A stretch of 63,038 nt of DNA from a bacterium (GTDB taxonomy: Bacteria; Patescibacteriota; Saccharimonadia; Saccharimonadales; SZUA-47). The position numbers and the translations under genes are program-made. Below are positions 1 to 8,277 of this stretch, piece after piece. The notes below the pieces were generated by a model. It ran no database searches and was not told the origin of the DNA. It saw nothing but the letters and a program-made list of their open reading frames with translations. The DNA is taken from assembly GCA_030427125.1 (NCBI GenBank), contig JAUHXF010000003.1:1-63038 (forward strand), in the 5' to 3' direction. The number at the start of each line of letters is the position of its first letter. The stretch's first letter is position 1.

Positions 1-615
1 TGTCGCGCGTAATTGTTGCTTCAACCCGCTCACCATCTCGAACAAGCGTCAATACTACCTGCGTTCCTTTTTCACCACGAATCGTATTCACTGCTTCAGA
101 AATAGTGATGTCAGTTGCATCCTCACCATCAATCTCAGTAATTATGTCACCGGCTTGCACCCCTGCCGCTTCAGCTGGAGAGCCTTTTAAAGGAGCGACG
201 ATAACGACAAAGCTACCTTCCTTGCCAAGCTCGGCCCCAATACCTTCAAACGTGCCATCGAGAGAGTCGTTGAATTCTTTCGTTTCATCAGGTGATAAAT
301 ACTCAGTAAAGCTATCGCCTACTGATGCTACGCCGCCACGTTTCAATCCTTCTGCAAACGCATCTGGATCTACTTCACCATCATAGTTGCGTACAAGTTG
401 ATCATATATCTCGTCAATGCCGTCAATCGTTGTGTTTCGTAACTCCTGATTGCTGACTGGATCCGTTAACGAGACTCGGTCATTTCCAACGAGCCAGCCA
501 ATCCCAAACATAAATGCAAGCGACATAATTATTGCCGCTATTGCACCAGCTTTTTTCTTTTTTGAATTGTCTTGCGGTTCAGTTGGCAGCTGGGGCAACT
601 GTGTATCGTATTCCA
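1..615 (-). CDS. S41 family C-terminal processing peptidase (Ctp-like), 5' part only; the gene runs off the left edge
   Basis: Absent from the ORF track because it is truncated by the edge. My minus-strand translation starts at TTG 615..613, with AAGAGGTGG just upstream. It gives LEYDTQLPQLPTEPQDNSKKKKAGAIAAIIMSLAFMFGIGWLVGN (membrane anchor), then ...FEGIGAELGKEGSFVVIVAPLKGSPAEAAGVQAGDIITEIDGEDATDITISEAVNTIRGEKGTQVVLTLVRDGERVEATITRD. That is the tail-specific protease N-domain plus PDZ pattern. Confidence 0.8.
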
Positions 616-639
616 ATTTCCACCTCTTTTTTCTTACTC

Positions 640-648
640 AAATCTACC
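640..648 (-). promoter_or_regulatory. Candidate extended -10 promoter (TGGTAGATT) for the ctp-like gene
   Basis: The minus strand reads TGGTAGATT, which fits TGnTAnnnT. It lies 24 nt upstream of the TTG start, and the AAGAGGTGG Shine-Dalgarno lies in between. Confidence 0.3.
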
Positions 649-777
649 AATAAGTTTAGCACGGCGCGTCGTTCTTCATAAGAATTATTTCGTCTGTCCG
701 GTTCATCCGGCAGCAAGAAATACTATATGGGTGGAGAGCAGACCGAGTAATCTGCTTTAGCAGTTACGCGGCTCGAT

Positions 778-800
778 GAGAGGAGGAATCACCTCTTCTC
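778..800 (-). terminator. Hairpin 11 nt after the M23 peptidase stop, with no U-tract
   Basis: GAGAAGAGG-TGATT-CCTCCTCTC on the minus strand, with 8 of 9 stem positions paired. It is followed by ATCGAGCC rather than a T-run. Confidence 0.3.
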
Positions 801-811
801 ATAAGCTTGCA

Positions 812-1978
812 CTAACAATACCCATAGACTTGGCCCGATGGTGTCACCATGTGTGGATACCACGTCTGCCAGCCACCGCCGTGATCAATAATAACGACGT
901 ACCCTAAGCCACCCTGACAGCCTCTGAAGATGATCTCACCATCTGCAACAGCTACAACGGGCGTAAACGCACTCGCTGCTATATCTAGTCCTGTATGGAA
1001 GCTGCTTCTCCCGCCGTTGCACGAAGTTATGTAATACCAAGCAGGAGCGACACAACCGTAGCTTTGACTTACCCAACCAGCGCCACCAGCTAATGGCCAA
1101 TCATAGCCATTGATAATACCCGAACCGTTGTAAGGATTCACCGTCGAACCACCTGAATATACCTGGAAGTGAATGTGTGGGCCAGTTGAGTACCCAGTAC
1201 TACCAAGCTCCCCTATTACTTGACCGCGTGCAACAGGTCCATAGCTCGTTGCGGCTCCTGCAGCTAGCTGTGCGGCAATAGCTGCAGCAAGCTTCTCTTC
1301 AGCCTCTTCGAGCGCCCGTACTTGGTCATTCACTATGTCACGATAACGCGCCTCTTCTCCCTCGGTTTGGTCAAGCAAATTCTGCTGTTCTTGACGCTTA
1401 CCAGCAAGCAGATTTTTCTGCTTTTGCTGACGATTAAGTAGTCGCTCTTGTTCTTCCTGCTCTTCTTTAATCTGCGCCCTAAGCTCGATGACTTTATCGG
1501 CAGACTCCTTTACCGCGTTCTGTAATCGCTCTAGATATTCTTGTTCATTAATAAAATCTGAAAAACTATCACTCGCAATAAGCAGCTCCACTGTTGATGC
1601 ATCACGCCGTTCATACAACGCCCGCAAGGCAGCCTTCAGTAAACCCTTCTGTCGCTCCAGCTCTGCTTCTGCTTCTTTGAGTCGTTCAGCTAATTCATCC
1701 AACTTAACTTCTGTTAGCCGTATCTCATCACTTGCAAGCGCTATTTCTGTATCTAATTCCGCTACTTTATTCTCGAGCGAGTCAATTTCTTGCGTCAGAT
1801 TCTTAAGACGTCCCTCATTTTCTGCAATTTGCTCCTCAAGGTCTGCAGTCTCGGCTTGTAGTTCTTGTATCGTATCGGCTCCAACTTGCCTAACACTAAG
1901 CGTTAACGCAAAAATGCTCGCGATAAAGACGAGCAAGAAACGCTTGATCAGACTCTTGTTTATTTTTGCAAAAACCAT
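812..1978 (-). CDS. Membrane-anchored coiled-coil M23 (LytM-type) peptidoglycan metalloendopeptidase, EnvC/PcsB-like partner of FtsEX
   Basis: N-terminal hydrophobic anchor (LLVFIASIFALTLSV), then about 200 aa of E/K/L/Q-rich heptad-like sequence. M23 motifs are GSTGYSTGPHIHFQVY and FHTGLDIAA...GYVVIIDHGGGWQTWYPHM. It lies directly downstream of ftsE-ftsX. Confidence 0.85.
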   Translation of the reverse strand: MVFAKINKSLIKRFLLVFIASIFALTLSVRQVGADTIQELQAETADLEEQIAENEGRLKNLTQEIDSLENKVAELDTEIALASDEIRLTEVKLDELAERLKEAEAELERQKGLLKAALRALYERRDASTVELLIASDSFSDFINEQEYLERLQNAVKESADKVIELRAQIKEEQEEQERLLNRQQKQKNLLAGKRQEQQNLLDQTEGEEARYRDIVNDQVRALEEAEEKLAAAIAAQLAAGAATSYGPVARGQVIGELGSTGYSTGPHIHFQVYSGGSTVNPYNGSGIINGYDWPLAGGAGWVSQSYGCVAPAWYYITSCNGGRSSFHTGLDIAASAFTPVVAVADGEIIFRGCQGGLGYVVIIDHGGGWQTWYPHMVTPSGQVYGYC

Positions 1979-2013
1979 AACCCTATTATATCACTTTGGG
2001 GTAAAGATTAAGA

Positions 2014-2961
2014 TTACCAATACTTTAGTTTCAAATGCTTTTCCATAGCGAGCATTGATGATACTGCACCAATCAAAATTCCAAGCATAATTGAGCCGAG
2101 CAACATCGTTGCCATTGTCCGTGGCTCAGTGAAAAAGGTATATGTTTCAGCAAACTCTTTCTGGTTCGCCACTTCACTGCCCAGTACAGTAATCAACGAA
2201 TAGACGATTATATTCGCAATAACACCTGCAAACACTCCGTACAATGACGCCTCAACCAAGAAGGGTCCGCGAATATAACCAGGTGTCGCGCCGATAAGCT
2301 TCATGATGCGAATCTCTTCTCGGCGAGTGTAAATAGCCATACGAATCGTGTTGAAAATTATCATTATCGATACTGCCGTAAGGACAATGGCAGAAATAAT
2401 ACTACTAGTATTAATGAATGTCTGTGCCGTTGCGGCCTTGTCTATCGTTGCCTGTGCGTCGGTCTGACCGAGCGAAACACTATCGATAAAAACAACATAC
2501 TTTTCCTGCTCAGCAAACGTCTTTATTTCTGGCATACGCTCCAGGTCGCTCACCGTAATTCGCAAACTTGCTGGAAGCACATCGTTACCTGCAAGCGCTA
2601 ACGCTTGAAGAATATCATCATCATTATTAAAGTCACCTGCAAGGTCGGTACGCGCTTGATCTTGCGTAACGTATTCCACTCGCTCTACAAAATCCAGTGC
2701 AGCGACATCAGCTTCTAGTAGTTTTCGCTGAGATTCAGACACCCCGTCCACTAGATATATCGACGCTTTTAAATCACGTGCGAGCTCATTAATCGCGTTA
2801 TTGGCCGTCACGTTAAGTACAATCGCAATAGAGATGATGGTTAACGCAACCACCATAACTGCCGTTGCGGCTATCGTCAGCCAAGCGTTACGGAATAGGT
2901 TCACGAAGCCAATCTTGAAGATGCGAACACTAATATTGATTTGTCTTGATGTACTACTCAT
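2014..2961 (-). CDS. ftsX: Cell division ABC transporter permease-like protein FtsX
   Basis: 315 aa. One N-terminal TM helix, a large extracytoplasmic loop and three C-terminal TM helices (FtsX fold). It starts 3 nt after ftsE ends. Confidence 0.85.
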   Translation of the reverse strand: MSSTSRQINISVRIFKIGFVNLFRNAWLTIAATAVMVVALTIISIAIVLNVTANNAINELARDLKASIYLVDGVSESQRKLLEADVAALDFVERVEYVTQDQARTDLAGDFNNDDDILQALALAGNDVLPASLRITVSDLERMPEIKTFAEQEKYVVFIDSVSLGQTDAQATIDKAATAQTFINTSSIISAIVLTAVSIMIIFNTIRMAIYTRREEIRIMKLIGATPGYIRGPFLVEASLYGVFAGVIANIIVYSLITVLGSEVANQKEFAETYTFFTEPRTMATMLLGSIMLGILIGAVSSMLAMEKHLKLKYW

Positions 2962-2964
2962 AAC

Positions 2965-3648
2965 CTAAGCCTTGTACACCGATCGAGCTTTATCGCCGCT
3001 TACTTTACCGTCTTTGATTGTCACGACACGACGACGTAATTTATTAACGATTTCTTGATTGTGCGTCGTGAGGATTACGGTCGTACCGTATTTGTTAATC
3101 TTCTCTAGTACACGAATAACATCCCATGCATGTTTTGGATCTAGGTTTCCTGTCGGCTCGTCGGCAATAAGAATCTTCGGCTGGCGAACTATCGCTCGTG
3201 CGATTGCAACACGCTGGCGCTCGCCACCTGATAATTCTGCAGGATAACTTTCTTCCTTACCCTTCAGTCCAACAATATCTAACACCTTTGGCACTGTGTG
3301 ACGAATTTCTTTATTTCCCATGCCAACTATTTCAAGGGCAAAAGCAACATTTTCAAATACCGTTCTATTCGGAAGTAGTTTAAAATCTTGGAACACCACA
3401 CCAATCTTTCTGCGTAGATACGGAATATCTTTGTCCTTGAGTCGTTCGTAGTCTATGCCACCGACAACAATCTTGCCACTTGTTGGCTTCTCTTCTCTGG
3501 TAAGGAGCTTTAATAACGTAGATTTCCCAGCGCCACTCGCACCAACTATCACCACGAATTCCTTCGCTTCTACATGCAAATTAATACGCTCAATCGCTGG
3601 GCCACTCTTCCGGCCATACTTTTTGGAAACCCTATCGAGTAATATCAT
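2965..3648 (-). CDS. ftsE: Cell division ATP-binding protein FtsE
   Basis: Walker A GASGAGKST, signature LSGGERQR, Walker B ILIADEPT. I moved the start from the ORF-track 3681 to ATG 3648 (MILLDRVSKKYG, the usual FtsE N-terminus), because TGGTATACT sits 8 nt upstream of that ATG. Confidence 0.9.
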   Translation of the reverse strand: MILLDRVSKKYGRKSGPAIERINLHVEAKEFVVIVGASGAGKSTLLKLLTREEKPTSGKIVVGGIDYERLKDKDIPYLRRKIGVVFQDFKLLPNRTVFENVAFALEIVGMGNKEIRHTVPKVLDIVGLKGKEESYPAELSGGERQRVAIARAIVRQPKILIADEPTGNLDPKHAWDVIRVLEKINKYGTTVILTTHNQEIVNKLRRRVVTIKDGKVSGDKARSVYKA

Positions 3649-3656
3649 TTGCACAT

Positions 3657-3665
3657 AGTATACCA
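3657..3665 (-). promoter_or_regulatory. Candidate extended -10 promoter (TGGTATACT) for ftsEX, leaderless geometry
   Basis: The minus strand reads TGGTATACT, then 8 nt (ATGTGCAA), then ATG 3648. There is no Shine-Dalgarno in between. Confidence 0.4.
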
Positions 3666-3722
3666 AAAAGCACATGCACAATGCTTGCCTCGCATCTGTA
3701 ATCCGGTTATGCTTACATCTAG

Positions 3723-5906
3723 ATGAATCAAAAATTGTATAGTGAGATTGAAGCTGCTGCTACCCGTGGTGTCGCACCCCATCTAATAACAGATGAGATG
3801 ATCAAAGCAGGCTGGCCTCAGAAGCTCGTGCATGAAACCGTCGATGTTTGGCTGCAAGCTCATAGTCAAACAAAAGGCACGGCTTTCAAAGAATGGATTC
3901 AAAAGTACTATCGAAAGGCACTACCTGCTGTCGGAGTAGTTGTCGTACTGAATGTCATTAGTGTCGGCATCTCACTATTAAAACCGTGGCCAACAAAGAT
4001 TCTAGCTGACTCTGCATTCGGGACCATCCCTGCCCCAGGCATACTCGAACCATATACAAATACGACGACGCTCATTCTGATAACGTCTGCGATGACTATG
4101 GCGTTATTTATATTCGGCACAATATTCGGTGTATTTCGTGATTACCTGCTACTGAAAATAGGCTATTGGCTCAATCGCTCAATTAAGCAGGAGTCGATGC
4201 GTCACATTATGCACCTGCCACTGTTTCACCAGGAACGGCTGTCCAAGGGAGACTACGTCTACCGGCAAAATGTTGTCACGAATAGCCTCTCCGACCTCGT
4301 ACTTGGCACCACATCATCAATCACTGAATCAATTATTGTTATATTTGGCGTACTTGGCATCATGCTTTTCTTCAACGTAGGCCTCACAATCATTACGGTC
4401 ATCCTCATTCCGTTCCTCTTTCTCACCATGCGCTTAATCGGACCGAAGATGGGTCAAACAGCTCGCAAGCTAACAGAGGTTGCATCTGAAACATCATCAC
4501 GTATTAACGAGTCTGTCGATAATGCTGAAACCGTTCAGGCCTTTACGCTTGAGGACAAATTACTTAATAAGATCACAAGATTATGGGATAAGGGCTACGA
4601 GCTCTCAAAGCGCAATCTTCTCTGGGGTGAACTCCTTACTGGAACCAATGGATTCCTCATTGTTCTCGCAACCTCGCTCGTCATGTACATTGGCGGCTCG
4701 GCTGCACTTCGAGGTGAGATGACGCTTGGTGAACTCCTCATATTTATGACCTACATGGGCTACCTACTCGGTCCGGTAGAGAGCCTGGTTGAGCAAGTGA
4801 CAAGTCGCAATCAAAAACTCATAGACGTTAATCGTATCTATGAAGTACTGGCTGATCATGAAGGTATTGAATTCTTGCGCCAGGGCCAACACATGCCACC
4901 ACAAATTCAAGGGCAAATTGAATTTCAAAACGTTTCATACGCATACAAAGACCAGCAGATATTCAAGAACCTCAATCTCACCATCCCGCCAGGACAAAAG
5001 GTGGCAATCATTGGCCCATCAGGTGGCGGTAAAAGTACAATCATGAAACTGCTGCCATTATTCTTAGAACCTGAAAATGGCAAAATCCTCATCGATAACA
5101 TCGACATCGAATCAGTGTCGCTCAAAGAACTTCGTCAACACATTTCGTGGGTTGCTCAAACACCGCAGTTATTTGAAGGGACAATTATCGATAACCTCAT
5201 GGATGGTGATGCCTACCGTGAAGTCTCTAACGAAGAAATACTCGATGCTATCGAAACCGCAAACGTCTCGGAATTCGCTTCTAAATTACCGCTTGGACTT
5301 GCCTCTCCTGCTGGAGAAAATGGTGGTTCACTCAGTGGTGGTCAACGCCAACGCGTGTCTATTGCGCGGGCACTGATCAAGAACGCTCCAATCGTCTGTC
5401 TTGATGAGCCAACGGCTGCGCTTGATGCGAAGAGTGAGAATTATATTCGTGACTCATTACTGCAGATGATCAAAGGAAAGACGGTCGTCATGGTAACACA
5501 CCGTAAGTCACTGCTTGCACTCATGGACGTTGTGTATGTACTTGATAATGGTACCTTGACCGACGTTAACCATCTCGGCGGCCTAGACCACTACCTCGCA
5601 CAGCTTGAAGGCATCGAAGAACAAAAAGCTGCTGCGGAGGTAAAACAATCTGAAGCATCCGAAAAAGTTGAGACTAAAAAGCTTGTTGATGATTATGCAC
5701 AATTTGTCGATTCGCAAGAACCGGAAATGCTTCATACACAACCAGTTATTCAGCAACAGCAAGCTCAACAAAAAGCCACTGTACAACTGGACCCTCAGGA
5801 AGTAAAACCATGGTCACCAGAACAGGCGCAAGCGACAAACCGGCAACCAGAAACAACCCCTGAGCCAGAAAAGTCTGACGACGATATTACGATTCAACTA
5901 CATTGA
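3723..5906 (+). CDS. Fused permease/ATPase ABC exporter (type I exporter, MsbA-like fold) with extra N- and C-terminal regions
   Basis: 727 aa. About 6 TM helices, then Walker A GPSGGGKST, signature LSGGQRQR and Walker B IVCLDEPT. The C-terminal 110 aa or so is a Q/E/P-rich low-complexity tail. Confidence 0.85.
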   Translation: MNQKLYSEIEAAATRGVAPHLITDEMIKAGWPQKLVHETVDVWLQAHSQTKGTAFKEWIQKYYRKALPAVGVVVVLNVISVGISLLKPWPTKILADSAFGTIPAPGILEPYTNTTTLILITSAMTMALFIFGTIFGVFRDYLLLKIGYWLNRSIKQESMRHIMHLPLFHQERLSKGDYVYRQNVVTNSLSDLVLGTTSSITESIIVIFGVLGIMLFFNVGLTIITVILIPFLFLTMRLIGPKMGQTARKLTEVASETSSRINESVDNAETVQAFTLEDKLLNKITRLWDKGYELSKRNLLWGELLTGTNGFLIVLATSLVMYIGGSAALRGEMTLGELLIFMTYMGYLLGPVESLVEQVTSRNQKLIDVNRIYEVLADHEGIEFLRQGQHMPPQIQGQIEFQNVSYAYKDQQIFKNLNLTIPPGQKVAIIGPSGGGKSTIMKLLPLFLEPENGKILIDNIDIESVSLKELRQHISWVAQTPQLFEGTIIDNLMDGDAYREVSNEEILDAIETANVSEFASKLPLGLASPAGENGGSLSGGQRQRVSIARALIKNAPIVCLDEPTAALDAKSENYIRDSLLQMIKGKTVVMVTHRKSLLALMDVVYVLDNGTLTDVNHLGGLDHYLAQLEGIEEQKAAAEVKQSEASEKVETKKLVDDYAQFVDSQEPEMLHTQPVIQQQQAQQKATVQLDPQEVKPWSPEQAQATNRQPETTPEPEKSDDDITIQLH

Positions 5907-6965
5907 TGCGTCTAGATACGCTTCAATAAAGCTATCAATACCGCCATCCAAGACTGCTTGAACATCAGTCGTCTCTGCCCTCGTCCTTGTGTCTTTCACC
6001 ATGGTATATGGATGCATGACGTAGTTTCGGATTTGATTTCCCCAGGCTGCTTCTTCATTCGGACCGCGTAGTTCAGATACTTTTTCTTTATGCTGCTCAA
6101 GTTGGAGCTGGGCAAGTTTCGAACGCAAGATAGTCATCGCCGTTTCCTTGTTTTGTAGCTGTGATCGTTCATTCTGAATAGCAACGACAATATTTGTTGG
6201 AATGTGCGTCACGCGGACTGCAGAATCAGTCGTATTAACTGACTGACCACCTTTGCCGCCGCTCCTATATACGTCTATCTTTAAGTCTGCTTCGTCTATT
6301 TCAACAGACTCCGGTGATGATATTTTCGGCATAATTTCCACGCGCGCAAAACTAGTTTGACGTAGATTATCAGAATTAAAAGGACTTAGACGGACAAGCC
6401 GATGTACACCATGCTCACTTTTCAATGTTCCGTACAAAAATGATGAACCACTTAGTGCAAGCGTGACGCTTTTAATGCCTGCTTCTTCCCCGGCAGACTG
6501 ATCAATAGTTTTAACCGAAACCTCATGAGCCTCCGCCCACCTGCTATACATCCGAAGCAGCATCTCTGCCCAATCCTGAGCATCTGTACCACCGGCCCCG
6601 GCAAATATACTTAAAATAACATCGTTGCCGTCATATGGTCCCGAGAACTGTAACTCACGTTTTGCTGTTTGGAATCTACCTTCTAGCTGCGCGTGCTGAT
6701 CAGCTATATCTGCGGCCAGTGTCTCATCGCCTAGAGCTTCAAGTTCTAGCAGGTCATTAGTTTCCTTTTGTAGCCTCGTCCAAAATTCAACACGTTTTTG
6801 CAATGCAGCAGCTGTACGAGAAATCTCTTGAGCTTTATCTGAATCATCCCAAAATGTCGGCTGTTGCATCTGGCTCTGTACGTCTTGCAACCGTGCTTCA
6901 AGCCCAGCAATATCAAGTTGATCGACTGCTTGATTAACGTTGTCACGAAGCTCTTGCACTAGCAT
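5898..6965 (-). CDS. prfB: Peptide chain release factor 2
   Basis: GGQ motif ([23 protein letters not shown]) and the RF2-specific SPF motif (RLSPFNSDN). It is one uninterrupted 355-aa frame. Confidence 0.9.
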   Translation of the reverse strand: MLVQELRDNVNQAVDQLDIAGLEARLQDVQSQMQQPTFWDDSDKAQEISRTAAALQKRVEFWTRLQKETNDLLELEALGDETLAADIADQHAQLEGRFQTAKRELQFSGPYDGNDVILSIFAGAGGTDAQDWAEMLLRMYSRWAEAHEVSVKTIDQSAGEEAGIKSVTLALSGSSFLYGTLKSEHGVHRLVRLSPFNSDNLRQTSFARVEIMPKISSPESVEIDEADLKIDVYRSGGKGGQSVNTTDSAVRVTHIPTNIVVAIQNERSQLQNKETAMTILRSKLAQLQLEQHKEKVSELRGPNEEAAWGNQIRNYVMHPYTMVKDTRTRAETTDVQAVLDGGIDSFIEAYLDASM

Positions 6966-6979
6966 ACATCTAGTATACG

Positions 6980-8272
6980 TTAGTTTTGGTCGAAGATCTC
7001 ACTCGTATAGTCGTACAGCTTGCGAGCAGGAACGAGTGATGTAGAACCCAATACACCGAGCCCCCATCTTGCATCCGCACAAAGCGTCTGGAATACTTCG
7101 ATGCATTCCTTTGGAGTGATTTTATTTATCAAAGCCGGAATCTTATTCATGTCTTCAATCTCGTCTGCAATATAATACTTACCGTACCGACTCACGATAT
7201 TACCAGCTGTCTGGCCGGATCGCATCGTGTTACCAAGCAGATGTTTCTTTGCAGCCTCAAAATCTTGTTCGTCCAAAACACCAGCTTTTAACCTTAAACA
7301 CTCGTCACGAATGAGCCGCAATAGAGGTTGGCTATTCGTTTTGCTCACTTGCGCACCCATCCACCAGCCAGTTGATGAGCCGACTGAAGCAGCCCCTGAG
7401 AACATGTGATATACCCAGCCTTTTTCACGCGCCGCGCCAAAAACACGCGAGTACATGGTGTCTGTCATGATTGTCGAAACAAGTTGGAGTGCTGCTGATT
7501 CTCTTTGGGAGAATAGTTTATCGGCATACAAGTCAATGAAGAGATAGTTATTCGGAACACTTGGCTTGCGGTATACCAGTGGTTCGGCGAGCTTCTCTGG
7601 TAGTTCCTTCGGCATTGGAATTCTTTTACCTTGCTTTGATAGTTTTAGTCGAGTTTCAATAAGCTCAACAGCCTCATCATACTGGCCTTTGAAGTTCCCT
7701 GCGATGATAAAGCGCGCATTTGGCAGTGTATGCGTTTTTTTATAGTGCTCAACTAAATCATCTCGTGTCACCCCATCGAGTCTCTCGACGCGCTCCAAAT
7801 CTGTTAAAGCTCGCATACCCATTGCCTGGCGCATACCGAGATTCAGATGACGAAAATGATTGTTGGAGCGACTGATTAGCTCTTCACGAACATTTGATAA
7901 CTCACTCTCAAACTCTTCCTGCAAAAATAATGGTGTCGATATTGCATCGAATAACAACCCCAGCACTCGCTTCCACTCAAAATCTGCGCACTCTACTTCA
8001 TACGTCACGTCATAGACACTCGTTGATGCGTTTGAATATGCACCGTTCTGCTCTATCGCTGCCTGAAAATCGCGGGCTGTTTTGTGCGTTTTGTTTGCCC
8101 CAAGCAATACGTGCTCGAGCATATGAGCTGTCTCCCACTTGTCGTATGGCAGTAGAAATTCACCGGCACGAAAACTCACTTCAGCGACAACGACACCCGT
8201 TTTCGGCGTGTCTATAATCAGGCCTTTCATACCTGAAGCGAGTTCTACTTCATGAACTTTATGCTTTAACAT
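6980..8272 (-). CDS. M16 family (pitrilysin/insulinase-like) zinc peptidase
   Basis: Inverted zincin motif HxxEH in ETAHMLEHVLLG, with a downstream acidic NVREEL segment. The length (430 aa) is typical for the family. Confidence 0.8.
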   Translation of the reverse strand: MLKHKVHEVELASGMKGLIIDTPKTGVVVAEVSFRAGEFLLPYDKWETAHMLEHVLLGANKTHKTARDFQAAIEQNGAYSNASTSVYDVTYEVECADFEWKRVLGLLFDAISTPLFLQEEFESELSNVREELISRSNNHFRHLNLGMRQAMGMRALTDLERVERLDGVTRDDLVEHYKKTHTLPNARFIIAGNFKGQYDEAVELIETRLKLSKQGKRIPMPKELPEKLAEPLVYRKPSVPNNYLFIDLYADKLFSQRESAALQLVSTIMTDTMYSRVFGAAREKGWVYHMFSGAASVGSSTGWWMGAQVSKTNSQPLLRLIRDECLRLKAGVLDEQDFEAAKKHLLGNTMRSGQTAGNIVSRYGKYYIADEIEDMNKIPALINKITPKECIEVFQTLCADARWGLGVLGSTSLVPARKLYDYTSEIFDQN

Positions 8273-8277
8273 CTACG

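Noticed and set aside
105-386. A 93-aa plus-strand ORF at the left edge.
   Set aside because: It is antisense to the clear S41 peptidase/PDZ frame on the minus strand, and its product is an S/P-rich nonsense sequence.
3649-3681. An 11-codon N-terminal extension of ftsE in the ORF track (MCMCFLVYYVQ).
   Set aside because: The extension overlaps the TGGTATACT -10-like box. MILLDRVSKKYG is the normal FtsE N-terminus.
5898-6965. Expected programmed +1 frameshift near the 5' end of prfB.
   Set aside because: The RF2 frame is continuous from MLVQELRDNVNQAVDQLDIAGLEARL... with no in-frame UGA. There is no autoregulatory frameshift here. With prfA also present, this argues for the standard genetic code rather than a UGA-recoded one.
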